From contig JBITNC010000001.1 of NCBI GenBank assembly GCA_050084985.1, forward strand, positions 112,220,001-112,284,000: DNA of 64,000 nt, given 5' to 3'. Each line of letters starts with the position of its first letter. Position 1 is the first letter of the stretch. Under the pieces are notes generated by a model. The model was not told where the DNA came from, made no database searches, and was given only the letters and a program-made list of their open reading frames with translations. The position numbers and the translations under genes were made by a program. This DNA comes from Nageia nagi. Lineage: Eukaryota > Plantae > Pinophyta. This document shows positions 51,075 through 64,000 of this stretch, piece after piece.

Positions 51075-52600
51075 GTTGGAGCAAAATTGTTATTAAATTC
51101 ATGAAAAAAAGGAGCCATCATGAAAAATACGAGCTAAAAGGTATACCTAAACCACTAAAAACTTGGACCACTATGGTCATGAGGGTGAATCTTGATGATA
51201 TTGTTACAAAGAAATTGGAGAGGAGAATCATCAAGAATGTGGCTAGGCTTAACATTCTCAAGGAGATTTTAGATAATATAAGGGATAAGTAAAGGAATAC
51301 TACACTAATGTCAAACTTAGATCATATTCATAACTAAATTAGTAAACATTGGAAACTATCTTGATAAGTTGATATGCTTGCTTTACCTCATGAATTTTTA
51401 ATCTTTATTTTTACAAATGCATAAGACGGGAAAAACATTATGAAGTTGGGCTTGTCATTTTGAGTTCAGAAGGAACTACTTTTAAAATGTTGACATGATA
51501 GTTTCTATCTTAAGAAGGATAACATTTATGGTGTTCTTATATGGGTAAATTTACCTAATTTAGCAACATATTATTCAGATATGAATATGATTATTGGAAT
51601 TATTGTTATAGTATCATTAATATTCTCAATTAAAAAAAGTCACAAGAATTGAGAATAGAATGAAGGAAGCTGAGTTTTACTTTAACATTGATATTACAAA
51701 GGAATTAAGGTAAAGTATCTATGTTGAGAAGGAAGATGGAGAAACTTGGGAACAAGAAATAATTTAAGAATATATTAGATGTAGCATATATAGAAAATAT
51801 GATTTTTATGCCAAGTACTATTTGGATAAGAAGGAGAAAGAGAAGATGGAAGTCTATACCCATGTGCAAAGGAATCAAGGATTCAAGTATTCTACAGAAA
51901 TGAATTATTTCAAGCAAAGAGAGGTGGACAAAATTTTATAAGGTCAACCACTTATGAAACTATGAACCTATTTCATTCTTTTAATCCAAATGAAGGTATT
52001 AAAATAGATAAAATTATAGAGTAAGAGATTATTCATTGGCAATTATAGATAGAAAAGTTAGTGATGAAGAAATGGAGGAACCAAAAAGTAGGAACAAAAA
52101 AAAAAGTGTAGAAGAAAATATGAAAAAATAAGGAGATAGATGAAGATAGGTCATCAAAAGATGATGAAGAAATAGGAAAAGAACAAGAAATGGAGGTTGA
52201 TGTTGGAAAGAAACCTCCCACAACAAGACATTTTGAAAATACAATGAGGAAGATACAAGATTTATGTAAAGGACATATGGGGAGGATGTCAAATTATGAA
52301 TTAATAATATAGAATGTAATTGACTATACTACCAATAAAGCATAATGCACTATAGATTAGAGTAGTGATTATACGGTCCCATGAGGTACTCAAGGATTAT
52401 TATTAGTTAGAATATATGAGGATATTAAGTAACTCTAAAGGGTAGTTATTATAGATTTGTTATTTAAGTAGGAGAAGAAGATGAAGAAGGATAAGGTGGT
52501 AGAAGTGGAAAAGAAAGTTTAAAGGGGAGGATATTTTTTCTAGATAGAATAAGATGGCCTATGAATGGATCTATTTAGATTATGAAACCTGACTACTATA
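51075..52600 (+). mobile_element. LINE ORF1 fragment, copy L4
   Basis: Collinear with L1 and L3. Confidence 0.8.
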
Positions 52601-53229
52601 AAAGGTATTCCTTATCCTAATACATCTATTAGATGCCTTAATACACATAGTAAAATAAGATTTTTCAACTACACCCTATAGAAAATAAACCAATAAATAA
52701 GAAATTAGGCATAAGTAAATAATTTCAATAAATTCCTAAATATTCATTTATTGTATGTATATTTTGAAAATAATATAGTCCATATGTTAAATTGTCACTA
52801 TTTTATACAAGAGATTGATGTAGGAAAAACTAAAAAAATAAAATTAGATACTATCATAATCATTTTTTTCATTTTTTCTGAAAACTAGAATCATGGTTAT
52901 AATTATATATTTCATATAAGAAAATAATATTTAAATAAAACTTATGCAAATGAGAATCAATATTATACAAAAAATAAAAGTTATGTAAATGAGAATCAAT
53001 ATCATATTTATTTTATATAAAACTTATATCATTTTGTATAATATTCATATTTTAAACCATCATATCCCTTTTAGTTAAATGATTCAAAAATTCTAAAATT
53101 TTGAATTAGAAAGAACACCAAATTCGTGTGAGATAACTATACAAGATCTTTATAAAATATCATTGTCAACCTTAATATTAAGGAAATTTCATTAAAACCT
53201 TGTTAAAAGTATTCCAAGAATGTAGTTAA

Positions 53230-54830
53230 ATATAAGTTGGAGCAAAATTGTGATTAAATTCATGCAAAAAAGGAGTCATCATGAAAAAGATGAGCAAAAC
53301 ACTATACCTAAACCATTAAAAACATGGACTCCTATGGTCGTAAGGGTGAATCGTAATGATATTATTACAAAGAAATTGGAGAGAATAATCATCGAGAATG
53401 TGGCTAGGGTTACCATTCTCAAGGAGATTTTAGATAATTTAATGGATAAGTAAATGAATAATTTGATCAAATGCTTCATTGCACTAATGCCATACCTAGA
53501 TTATATTCATTACTGAATCAGTAAACATTTGAGAGTATCTCGTTAAGTTGATATGGTTGCTTTACCTAATGAATTTTTAGTATTTATTTTTACAAATACA
53601 CAAGACATGAATAAGGTTATGAAGTTGGGCCCTTCATTTTAGTGTTAAAAGGAGCTACTTTTAAAATGTTGGCATAATAGTTTCTATCTTAAGAAGGATA
53701 TCATTTGTTGTGTTCTTCTATGGGTCCATTTAACCTAATTTACCAACATATGATTCGAATATGAGAATGATTGTTGGAATTAAAAATATAGTAGGATTGT
53801 TGTTCTCAATTAAAAAAAGTCACAATAATTGAAAATAGAATTAAGGAAGCTAAATTTTATGTTAACACTGATATTGCAAAGGAATTAAGGTAAAATATCT
53901 ATGTTCAGGAGGAAGATGAAGAAACTTGGGAACAAGAAATAGTTTATGAATATATGCCTATTAGTTGTAGCATATGTAGAAAAATTGATTATTATGCCAA
54001 GGAATATTTGCATAAGAAGGAAAAAGAGAAGATGATAGTCCCTAATTCATAGGAAGAGTGGAATGCCCATTTGAAATGGAATCAAGGATTCTAGGGAAAT
54101 GATTAATTTCAAGCAAAGAAAGGTGAAGGAAAGTTTAGAAGGTAAAAAACTTATGATACTAGGAACCTAATTAATTCTTTGAATCCAAATGAAGGTATAA
54201 AAATAGCTAAAATTAGAGAGTAATAAATTTTCCATTAGCAATTACAAATAGAAAAGTAATAATTAGCAATGAAGAAATGGAGGAAGCCAAAAGTAGGAAG
54301 TGATAATGAAGTGAAGTAGAAAATACAAAAAATAAGGAGATAAATCAAGATAGGTCATCAAGAGATGATGAAGAAATAGGAAAAGAATAAGAAATGGAGG
54401 TTGATGATGGCAAGACACCTCTCACAAAATGAGGAAGATACATGATATATGTAAAATGAGGAAGATACATGATATACTTAAAGGAAATATGGGGAGGATG
54501 TCAAATTATGAATTAAGAATATTTAATATAATTAAGAATATTAGTAATAAAACATAATGCACTATAGAGTAGAGTAGTGATTGTAAGGTCCCATGTGGCA
54601 CTCAATGATTATTCTTAGTTAGAATATATGAGGATGTAATACCAAAAATCAGTAGCGGATCATCATGTAACTCTAAAGGGAAGTTCTTATAAATTTGTTA
54701 TTTATGTATGAGATGAAGTTGAAGAAGGATAAGGTGGTAGAAGTGGAAAAGAAAGTTTAAAGGGGAGTTTAATTTTTCAAGAGAGAATTATATGGCCTAT
54801 CAATGGATCTATTTAGATTATGAAACCCAA
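53230..54830 (+). mobile_element. LINE ORF1 fragment, copy L5 (head-to-tail with L4)
   Basis: Collinear with L4. The junction near 52942 jumps from downstream spacer back to upstream spacer. Confidence 0.8.
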
Positions 54831-56622
54831 CTACTCTAAAATACATTCCCTATCCTAATACATCTAATAGATATCTTCATACAAATAGCAAAATAATATT
54901 TTTCAACAACATCATATAGAAAATAACTTGATAAATAAGAAATCAGGCATAAGTAAATAATTCCAATAAATTCCTCAAATACTCATTTAGTGTATGTACA
55001 TTTTAAAAATTATATAATCCATATTTTAAATTGTCTCTTTTCTATACAACATATTGATGTAGAAAAATTATAATAAATAAAATTAAATAATATCATAATC
55101 ATTTTTCTGATTATTTATGAATACTATAATAATGTTTATAATTAAATATTTGATATAAGAAAACAATATTTAAATAAAACATAACCTATATGTATTCTAA
55201 TGTATAATATTACAATAACATATTTTAAAACATAGTATTTATAATGAATAACATATATGTTACTATGGAATTTTTTAAATAATTGTATTTAATTCCTTTA
55301 TAGTTGTTACCTTTTTATTATTAGATAACTAAACTAATAAAATATTTTGTTACCATTGTTCTTTCTATGATGTATCCATCTCTAAACCATCTTTTCACTT
55401 TTGCATTGGAATAAACAAAAAATATATTTTATATAGATTTTGTATGAAATGAATAATTTTTGAAACAATTCAAACAAATCATGCATGTTTTATTCTTTGT
55501 ATGGTAAATGGAACTAGTCCAACAAACATGTGTGAGCCTAGCACTATTTAAAATAACAAATGCACCGAGTTTCATAACTCTTTCTAATTTTTCAAATAAT
55601 AATGTACAATTTAGAAAACTTGCTTGATGTTGTTCTCTGATGTTCTTGTTGATGTTGTTCACTCCTGTTATGCTCCTGATATGTGATCATAGTTCTAGTG
55701 ACATAGTATAAAAACATAACATATTTGGAGTATCTATACTTTTCTTAATGTTTTCCGTGTAAAAAAGTAATTAAAAAATTAAATCCAAAGGTTAAAAACC
55801 AAACAAAGAATTAAAAATTTAAATCTAAAGGTTAAAAACTATTACATGGTGGTCCTACTCTATAACAAATTTAAAGCTATGGATTTGAAAATGAGCTTCA
55901 AAAGCTCAAAGGGGATGACTACAACCTATTTTTAAATTTAACTTTGAATACATTTTGAATTTTTATTTTACTAATTCTAACATTAATTCAAATAATTCTA
56001 AATTGTCAATTTTGAACCAATGTGACATAGTGGTTAAGGTATTAATGGTGATGGCTAGAGAAGCATCCTATTGGCAAGGGTATTTTTTACACCTCATTTA
56101 TTTTACTATCAATGTATAAGTGAAATCCATCACATTGTTGTACATCGTAAATATTAAGGGAAGCTATGTGGCATCTCATCCAATTTGTACTTACACATTC
56201 TAAGGTTGCAATACGTAAAAATTGATTGCTCGTAGTATTAATTTTAGTTTAAAATTAACAAACTTGCACTACATGCAATACTTTTCCATTTCTCACTCCC
56301 TTCATTAATCCTAATAAAACCTAGAGCAAAGTACACACCAAAGTTGTTCTACTCTCCTTTTGTAAAAGTACCTCATTACTTGTAATCCAACTAAAATATT
56401 TTATTATTCATTGGATGCTATATTTTTACTTCAATTATTTCTCCTTTCATTTTTACAATTCATATTTTCCCTTCTCCAACTCTTTATTCTATAATAGCAT
56501 ATATTTCCTAAAAAATTACGTTGATAATTAACAACATTGTATATGCATACAAATATTTAGTACCAACACTTCTTTATAAAATGAAATGATGGAATGATGA
56601 AATCGGTATGCATTAATTTGCA

Positions 56623-57700
56623 TCACCAATAATCCCCATAAGAACATTCTTCGAATTTGAAAAGAAAAAATTGATTCATATCCCTCATAGGAATGTTCCT
56701 TACAATAGTCATAGGGATAAACTTGGTTACAAAATTATAGTCATTGCATAGTCTAACATTCTTCATAACCTTAGTAACATTTCCAATAGAATATTTAATA
56801 ACCTAAACATAATTACCAAATTTCCTAAGCAATTCTTTATCTTTAGCTTCCTATCATTCAACATAGGTATTCTATTTAGAAATATAATCTACTACCTTCA
56901 TCTTAATTGATTATTTTTTCAAATTTTCTATAGATCTCATGTGTTCAATCTATCTCTTATAACAAAAGTGTGAATACTCTGTCAACTTCAATCTAAATAC
57001 ATCCAAGACTCTTCTTATTTCATTTGTATTTCATCAATTTACCTTCTCAGAACATCATCCTTATTGCCCACTTTAGCAGAAATATTTGGTAGGAGAACAT
57101 ATTATGGAGTATATTTAGTCTCCAACATAAATCATTATTGCCATTTAATCCCTGCTCCTACATTCATACGTTGTTTACACATATAAAAAAGACTTCATTG
57201 CACACCCAATTTTGTGCACCTACATAACGAAAGGTGGTCAACAATACAAGGATAATAATTTATTTACAAATAATTATCATAAGAGTTGTTATAGCACCCA
57301 TATAGTAATTATTATTGGATATTTTCAAGGACAACACAAAAATATGTTATGCTATTTGAACAAATATTTCAACCACTATTTGAGGGATTTCTATACCTTC
57401 TTCTATAATTCGGTGCATGTTGGAAGGATATGGAAAAGGTTGTGAGGTTGGGCTTTACCCTTAAAACTTGTAGCTACCTAAAATTCTCTCATGTTATCAA
57501 TATTTTTCCGTTGCTCTCTAAAAATTGTAGCTAACTATTGCATGCATCTTGTCAAATAAATCACATGCATTCTCTATGTTTCACATTTTGTATATACTTA
57601 TACTAGTGTATTCACCATTACAACATCTAATCTTCTTTTCAAGATCCTTTGGAGTGGGCTTTGATGATGCTAGGAAAGGTGGAGAAGAGATTCTCCAACA
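56623..57700 (-). pseudogene. PLS-class PPR-E-DYW pseudogene, copy 2
   Basis: Collinear with 45292-46400. C-terminus VTKVMKNVRLCNDYNFVTKFI..RDMNQF..CSYGDYW* (stop at 56623-56625). Confidence 0.86.
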
Positions 57701-59015
57701 ACTTGAGTGCAATGCCAACTATCCACATTCTTTGTAGAGTAGCCATCCTCAACCCCAACATAAAGCTAACAAACACATGACATAATTAATTGATGCTCCA
57801 AATAATTTGCATCATTAGAAATGGACCAAAAATGATTAATAATATTTGATTCAACACTATGCATTCTCCCACTCCAAAGAAATTATCTATGATGTAAATA
57901 TAACTCTCCCAAGTGTGTAACCAACTAAAATTATCAAATATAGCTAATTTGTATTCTAAAAGAATGCTTACACATATACAAAGGAAGCCTAAACATATAC
58001 CTTATATATAGAAATCAAACATTAGTATACTGAAATTAATTTAACAACTTATGCACATACAAAAAATATGAACAAGTTAAAAATAAAAGGTAAGAGATAA
58101 GTAATATAGAATTATATTTATGAAAGCTTACATAAAGTTTTTATTGAATACAAAACATGGAAAATATAATACAATGCATGCTAGTGGTTTTGAATTAAAC
58201 ATCTATATACTTTAGTTTTTTATGATAAAAGAATAACCATTTCTTTTTAGCACAAAATTAGTATGTCTACAACTCGTAAGAAACTTATGGTCAAGTAACT
58301 AGCAGTGAGCTAAAGGTAAATTTTGAGGTTGATATTCATAGTATTGGCATGTTCTCTGCTCCTATTTTGATCCAGCTAGTGGTTCAATCACATTTTAGGT
58401 ACAAAGTTACATATATAGAATGTTCATCACTTTATTTTATAAATAATAACTCTATAAGGTAGTGAAAATGTGGTTGAAGATATATGGCCACACTAAAGCA
58501 GCTACTTGACTCAAACCTATAACGTAAGATTAATCACCTAGGAATATACATCATGTGATTACCAAGAAGAATACAATCTATATTAACCTAAAATCATTCA
58601 ATTCATAAACATACATTGAAGTGTTACTTATTTGGTCCTCAAATAAATGATATTAATGGGTTACAACAATATCACCAAGAGACAAGAAGAGGATAGAAGA
58701 CCCTTAATGTTGGTAGTTTAGGATTTGGGCTTGATGGAGGTCATGCTTTCATAAGACCCCTCTTCCTTAAATTATGATGTACAATCTCCACATTGGGAGG
58801 TGCTAAGAAGAGCATATTATCAAGTGCAATGGAAGTGCCCTATCTACGCCATCAACCTTATTGACCACCCATCGAACCCAACTAAGTAAGTCTACTTTCA
58901 TGCTTCGCCTCCCCTCCCATTTATCCTCTCCTCTTTCCCTCTCCCATGGTACTCCTGCATGTGGGATCATCATGCAAACATATGTTCAATGTAAGCATGC
59001 ACAAATAATTATTTC

Positions 59016-59570
59016 CATGTAATCCTTGCTCCTACATTCATAAGTTATGTACATGTCCAAAGAAGACTTCATTATGCACCCAAATTGGTGCACCTATGTA
59101 GCAAAAGGTGATCAACAATACATGCATAATAATATATCCAAGAATAATAATAATAAGAGTTTCTACAGCACCCATATACTAATCCTTCTGGGGTATTTTC
59201 AAATACAACACAAAAATATGTTATGTTATTTGCGTTGCTATTTGCAACCATTGTTTGATGGATTTATACACCTTCTTCTAGATTTCCCATCATGGTGTAC
59301 ACTAGAAGAATATGACAAAGGTTGTGAGGTTGGTCTTTACTCTTAAAAATTATAGCTACCTAAAATTCTCTCATGTTATCCATATTTTTTCATCACTACC
59401 TAAAAATTGTAGCTTACTATTACATGCATCTAATCATATAAATCATACACATTCTCTATGTTTCATATTTTGTATACAATTCTACTAGTGTATTCACCAT
59501 TACAACATCTAATATTCTTTTAAATATCCTTTTAAGTGGGCTTTGATAGTGCTAGGAAAGGTGGACAAGA
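59016..59570 (-). pseudogene. PPR pseudogene, copy 3 (partial; most of E and all of DYW missing)
   Basis: 59016-60660 duplicates ~57140-58680 head-to-tail. Confidence 0.78.
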
Positions 59571-61005
59571 GATTCTCCAACAACCCGAGTGCAATGTCAA
59601 CTACCCATGTTCTTGGCAGAGGAGCCATCCTCAACCTTGACATATATCCAACAGGCACATGATGTAATAAATTGATGCTCCAAAGAATTTACAACATCAG
59701 ACATGGTCCAAAAATGATTAATAATATTTGATTCAACATTATGCATTCTCCCTCTCCAAATAAAACATCTACAATGTAAATATAACTCTTTCAAGTGCAT
59801 AACCAACTATCATTATCAAACATAACTAATTTGTATTCTAAAAGAATGCTTACACATATATAAAGGAAGCCTAAAAATATACCTTTTGTGTTGAAAATCA
59901 AACATTATTATACTAAAATTAATTTAACAACTTATGCACCTACAAAAAATATGAACAACTTAAAAATAAAAAGTAAGAGAGAAGTAATATAGAATTATAT
60001 TTAACAAATCTTACGTAATATTTTTATTGAATACAGAATATGGAAAATATAATACAATGCATGCAAGTGGTTTTGAAGTAAACACCTATATACTTCAGTT
60101 TTTTATGATAAAAGAACAACCATTTCTTTTTAGCACAAAATTATTATGTCTACAACTTGTAAGAAACTTGTGGGAATGTAACTAGCAATGAGCTAAAGGT
60201 AAATATGAACACATCATTGGAAGAATAGTGGGAGGAGAGACTATGGTATCTAGATTTAAAAAGGTTTAAGAGGACATATGAAATAAGTACAAACCAATAT
60301 TTTTCCTTACCTCTCTCATTATTTGAAAATTTGAGGTTGGCATTCATAGCTTTGGCAAGTTCTCTACTCCTACTTTGATCCAGCTAGTGGTTCGATCACA
60401 TTTTAGCTAGAAAGTTACATATATAGGATGTTCTTCACCTTATTTAAGGAAGAACAATTCTGTAAGGTAGTGAAAATGGGGTTGAGTATATATGGCCACA
60501 ATAAAGTAGCTACTCATCTCAAACCTAGAATGTAAGATTAATCACCTAAGAATATACATCATCTGCTTACCAATAAGAATACAATTTGTATTGACCTGAA
60601 ATTAGTCGATTCCTTGAAATGTTACTTATATGATCCTAAAATAAATGATATTAATAAATTGCAACAATATTTATAATATAGAAAGAAAACCTTTATTATG
60701 TTATAATATATAATTTTTTTGTAATAATTTAAAAAAATAATAAAAAAATAAAATATTATACATATTTTTAAATATATTTAAAAAAATTTATATATGATTT
60801 ACATGTCAAAAGCTTACTATTATCTGTTAAATTCGAAATACTATACATGGCAAGAAGATTTAAAATAATATCTCATATCTTTCACGTTTATTTTATTATA
60901 TGATTTATCTTTAACATGTAATATCTCTTTTTTTTTTAACTTATGTTTTTCCTTGGTAGGTCTAGCAGACATAGCCATAATCACTTGTCGAGGAAGCTGC
61001 ATAAT

Positions 61006-61735
61006 CTACACACCTGCGTATCTCTCAATGAAAGTGGCCTTTTCTTCAAAATTTTGCCTCTCTCTGAGGTATTCCTTAAATTGGGAGAATGTGAAAGGCC
61101 TATAACGTCAACCAGTTCAGATGTTGCGCAAATCTCTTTCTCATTTGGAAAATAAATAAAATAACCTAGCGATATGCTATCCGCCCACCGGCTGTGGACA
61201 GCTCGCTGCTCCACGCTGCGCTACCTTCCGTTGCTCCATGCCTGCACTAGCCGAAGATTGCATTAATTCATCACTACAAAATATTAGACAAACCATGCTA
61301 ATTCATCCTCACCTTACAAGACTCACCGATGTTGATAAGGAATGAATTCGATAATGGCTTGAAGTTCAACCAAGTGCCTTCCTTTTGATCTAATCTGGAG
61401 GCCACCCTTGTTATCTTGGTAAAGGATAGTAATTCTGGGCATCCAAATCAAGGCTTGCGAGAATGATCTGTCCATAAAAGTGTGCACGTTTTAATAGTTT
61501 TGCTGGAATGGGATAGTAGCAATGAATTATTTTTAAGCTTGTAAGATGAAAATATGTATATAAGCATAGGAAGACAACATACTAGAAAAATGGATTTCCT
61601 TCTTGTGGCCATATTTTACGAGACATTTGAAGGACTGAATCACAATGACGTTGATCGGAGAAGGGAAACATCTCCAGGGAGAGGGAGATCAACTTCAAGA
61701 CCAAAATCAGGGAAAGTCTGCGTAGAGAAAGGCAT
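61006..61735 (-). pseudogene. 2-ODD pseudogene, type B copy 3
   Basis: ATG at 61735: MPFSTQTFPDFGLEVDLPL. Same two large deletions as B2 plus private 23-bp and 16-bp deletions. Exon 3 AWSNGR*RSVEQRA..ERYAGV*. Confidence 0.92.
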
Positions 61736-61925
61736 GGTGGAGGATATTTTGCAGGCAGATTAATTTTTCGTCTAGGATATCATCCTAATAAGTTCCGATT
61801 ATAACAAATGAAATGGTCTGATTTTTAGGTTGACTTCTCCTTCTTAGGCTTTTAGGGCGGGCCAACATGCATGCTCATCAAAGCGTCAACTATCATCTCT
61901 CTAACTGAGTTGTTTCTTTCAAGAG

Positions 61926-62109
61926 CAACAGGTCTGTGATGAAGTTGTCATTCTATGCCTCATTTAAATTTTTTGACTTATTTGTTCAACAGGTCTGTGA
62001 TGAAGCTGTCATGCTATGCCTCATTTAAATTTGTTGACTTATTTGTTCAACAGGTCTGTGATGAAGCTGTCATGCTATGCCAAATTTAAATTTGTTGACT
62101 TATTTGTTC
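61926..62109. repeat. 61-bp unit x3 upstream of B3
   Basis: Units start at 61926, 61987 and 62048; single copy at 35995-36055 upstream of B2. Confidence 0.93.
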
Positions 62110-62649
62110 CTATATAGATATAGATATAGATATAGATATACAACAGGAGTCGAGTAAGGAAAGTGCTGATAATCAATTTTTCATGTTGGTTTCAAGTGAA
62201 TTTAATGAGATTTTACGATTTCATTGGTTGTAATATGTATTGTTTTTTAAGTTTCCTACTATGTTAGGAATAAAATTTGTTTGGTTATTGAACATTATAT
62301 TAAATATTATTATATGAATCCGTATCATATTAAATGTAAATATTGTAGATAATCAATAAGTTCTAACGATGCAATGTTCACAAATGGAAATAATTTAGAT
62401 AAATTTACATAGTAATTTTCAAGGTCTACTTAATTTTTGAATATGTAATTATACATTTGTTTTTTGTAAATTTATATTAAAAATTATTTCATCTTACATT
62501 TTTCTACATTCTAAACATCAGATTTAGTGTAATTTTTTTTTGGAGGGAGTTCAATCTTAAAGTAAATTATTATATGAACTTCCTTCAAGATGTACTTGAT
62601 ATGTAATTATAGATAGAAAAGTAAGAGATTTTCCATTGGTAATTATTAT

Positions 62650-63320
62650 AGGAACCTTTTTCATTCTTTGAATCCAAATGAAGGTATTAAAATAGCTAAA
62701 ATTAGAGAGTAAGAGATTTTCCATTGGTAATTAAAGATAGAAAAGTAATAATTAGGGATGAAGAAATGGAGGAAGCCAAAAGTAGGAAGTGACAAAGAAC
62801 TAAAGTAAATAATACAAAAAATAAGGAGATAGATCAAGATAGGTCATCAAGAGATGATGAAGAAATAGGAAAAGAATAAGAAATGGAGGTTGATGATGGA
62901 AAGACACCTCCCACAAGAAGATATTTTGATAATAGAATGAGGAAGAGAAAAGATATACTTAATGGAAATATAGGGAGCATTTGAAATTGTGTAGTATGAA
63001 TATAGAATATAATTGAGGATATTACCAATAAAACATAGTGCACTATAGAGTAGGGTACTAGTTGTAAGGTCCCATGTGGTACTCAATGATTATTCTTAAT
63101 TAGAATATACAAGGATGTAATACCGAAAATAGGTAGAGGATCATCAAGTACCTCTAAAGGGAAGTTCTTATAGATTTATTATTTATGTAGCAGACAAAGA
63201 TGAAGAAGGATAAGTGGTAGAAGTGGAAAAGAAAATTTAAAGGGGAGTATATTTTTTCAAGAGAGAATTAGATGGCCTATCAATGGATCTATTTAGATTA
63301 TGAAACCCACCTACTATAAA
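62650..63320 (+). mobile_element. LINE ORF1 fragment, copy L6 (3' part only); start of a further unit
   Basis: Collinear with the 3' half of L1/L3/L5 and followed by the same spacer to the window end. Confidence 0.78.
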
Positions 63321-64000
63321 AGGTATTCCCTATCCTAAAACATCTAATAAATGTCTTCATACACATAGTATAATAATATTTTTCAACTACATTCTATACA
63401 AAATAACCCATAAAGAATACTCATTTAGTGTATGTACATTTTAAAAATAATATAATTCCATATTTTAAATTATCACTATTTTATACAAGATATTGATGTA
63501 GGAAAAATATAAGAAGGAAAATTAGATATTGCCATAATCATTCTTCTCATTGTTTCACAAAACTAGAATCATGATTATAATTAAATATGTGATATAAGAA
63601 AATAGTATTTAAATAAAACTTAACCTATATGTATTTTTAATTTCTAATCTTATTATTTAATATTTGAAAAGATAGTATTTCTACTTAATAACATATGTGT
63701 TACTATGGAATTTTTAAATAATTGTATTTAATTCCTTTATAGTGCTACTTTTTTATTATTAGATAAATAAAATAATAAAATAATTTGTTACCATTGTTGT
63801 TTGTATGGTGTATCTATATCCAAAGCATTTTTGTCACTTTGGTATTGGAATAAATAAAAAATATATATATTAAATAGATTTTGTATGGTGTATCTATCTC
63901 CAAATGCACCCAGTTTCATTACTCTTTTTTGATTTCTCAAATAATAGTGTACAATTTAGAAAACTTGCTTAATGTTGTTCTCTCCTATTATGCTCCTATA

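Noticed and set aside
7495-61735. Assigning GA20ox/GA3ox or a named taxoid or other pathway gene symbol to the 2-ODDs
   Set aside because: The GA20ox LPWKET motif is not seen, the host species is unknown, and no phylogeny could be run.
1-64000. Horizontally acquired, viral or organellar insert
   Set aside because: No segment with such motifs or a distinct composition was recognised; all identified coding remnants are plant TE, 2-ODD or PPR.

Overview
AT-rich plant nuclear DNA with strong CpG/CHG depletion. The PLS-PPR motif style and TE types suggest a gymnosperm; the species cannot be determined from the sequence. I find no intact protein-coding gene. The window is a decayed tandem segmental duplication of three-plus units, roughly 15-26 kb each. 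It carries: (i) seven minus-strand pseudogenes or fragments of a three-exon 2-oxoglutarate/Fe(II) dioxygenase (2-ODD, GA20ox-like) in three paralog types: A at 7495-8101 and 32111-32803; B at ~20095-20620, 34991-35804 and 61006-61735; C-terminal scraps at 6111-6172 and 31152-31274; (ii) two PLS-class PPR-E-DYW pseudogenes plus a partial third, which the ORF track misses; (iii) six copies of one LINE ORF1 fragment; (iv) a Copia remnant, a near-full-length L1-type LINE present in only one unit, and a CRM-like chromoviral Gypsy element with a rearranged right end that includes an inverted LTR; (v) a strictly 26-bp-period array of dyad-symmetric units next to a ~560-bp nested foldback palindrome. 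Most lesions in the 2-ODD copies are deletions bounded by microhomology. One of them, shared by all B copies, removes the HxD iron-binding motif. All translations and alignments were done by eye, and boundaries marked ~ are approximate. I found no well-supported new biological system; the best leads are the divergent 2-ODD array and the 26-bp array/foldback module.
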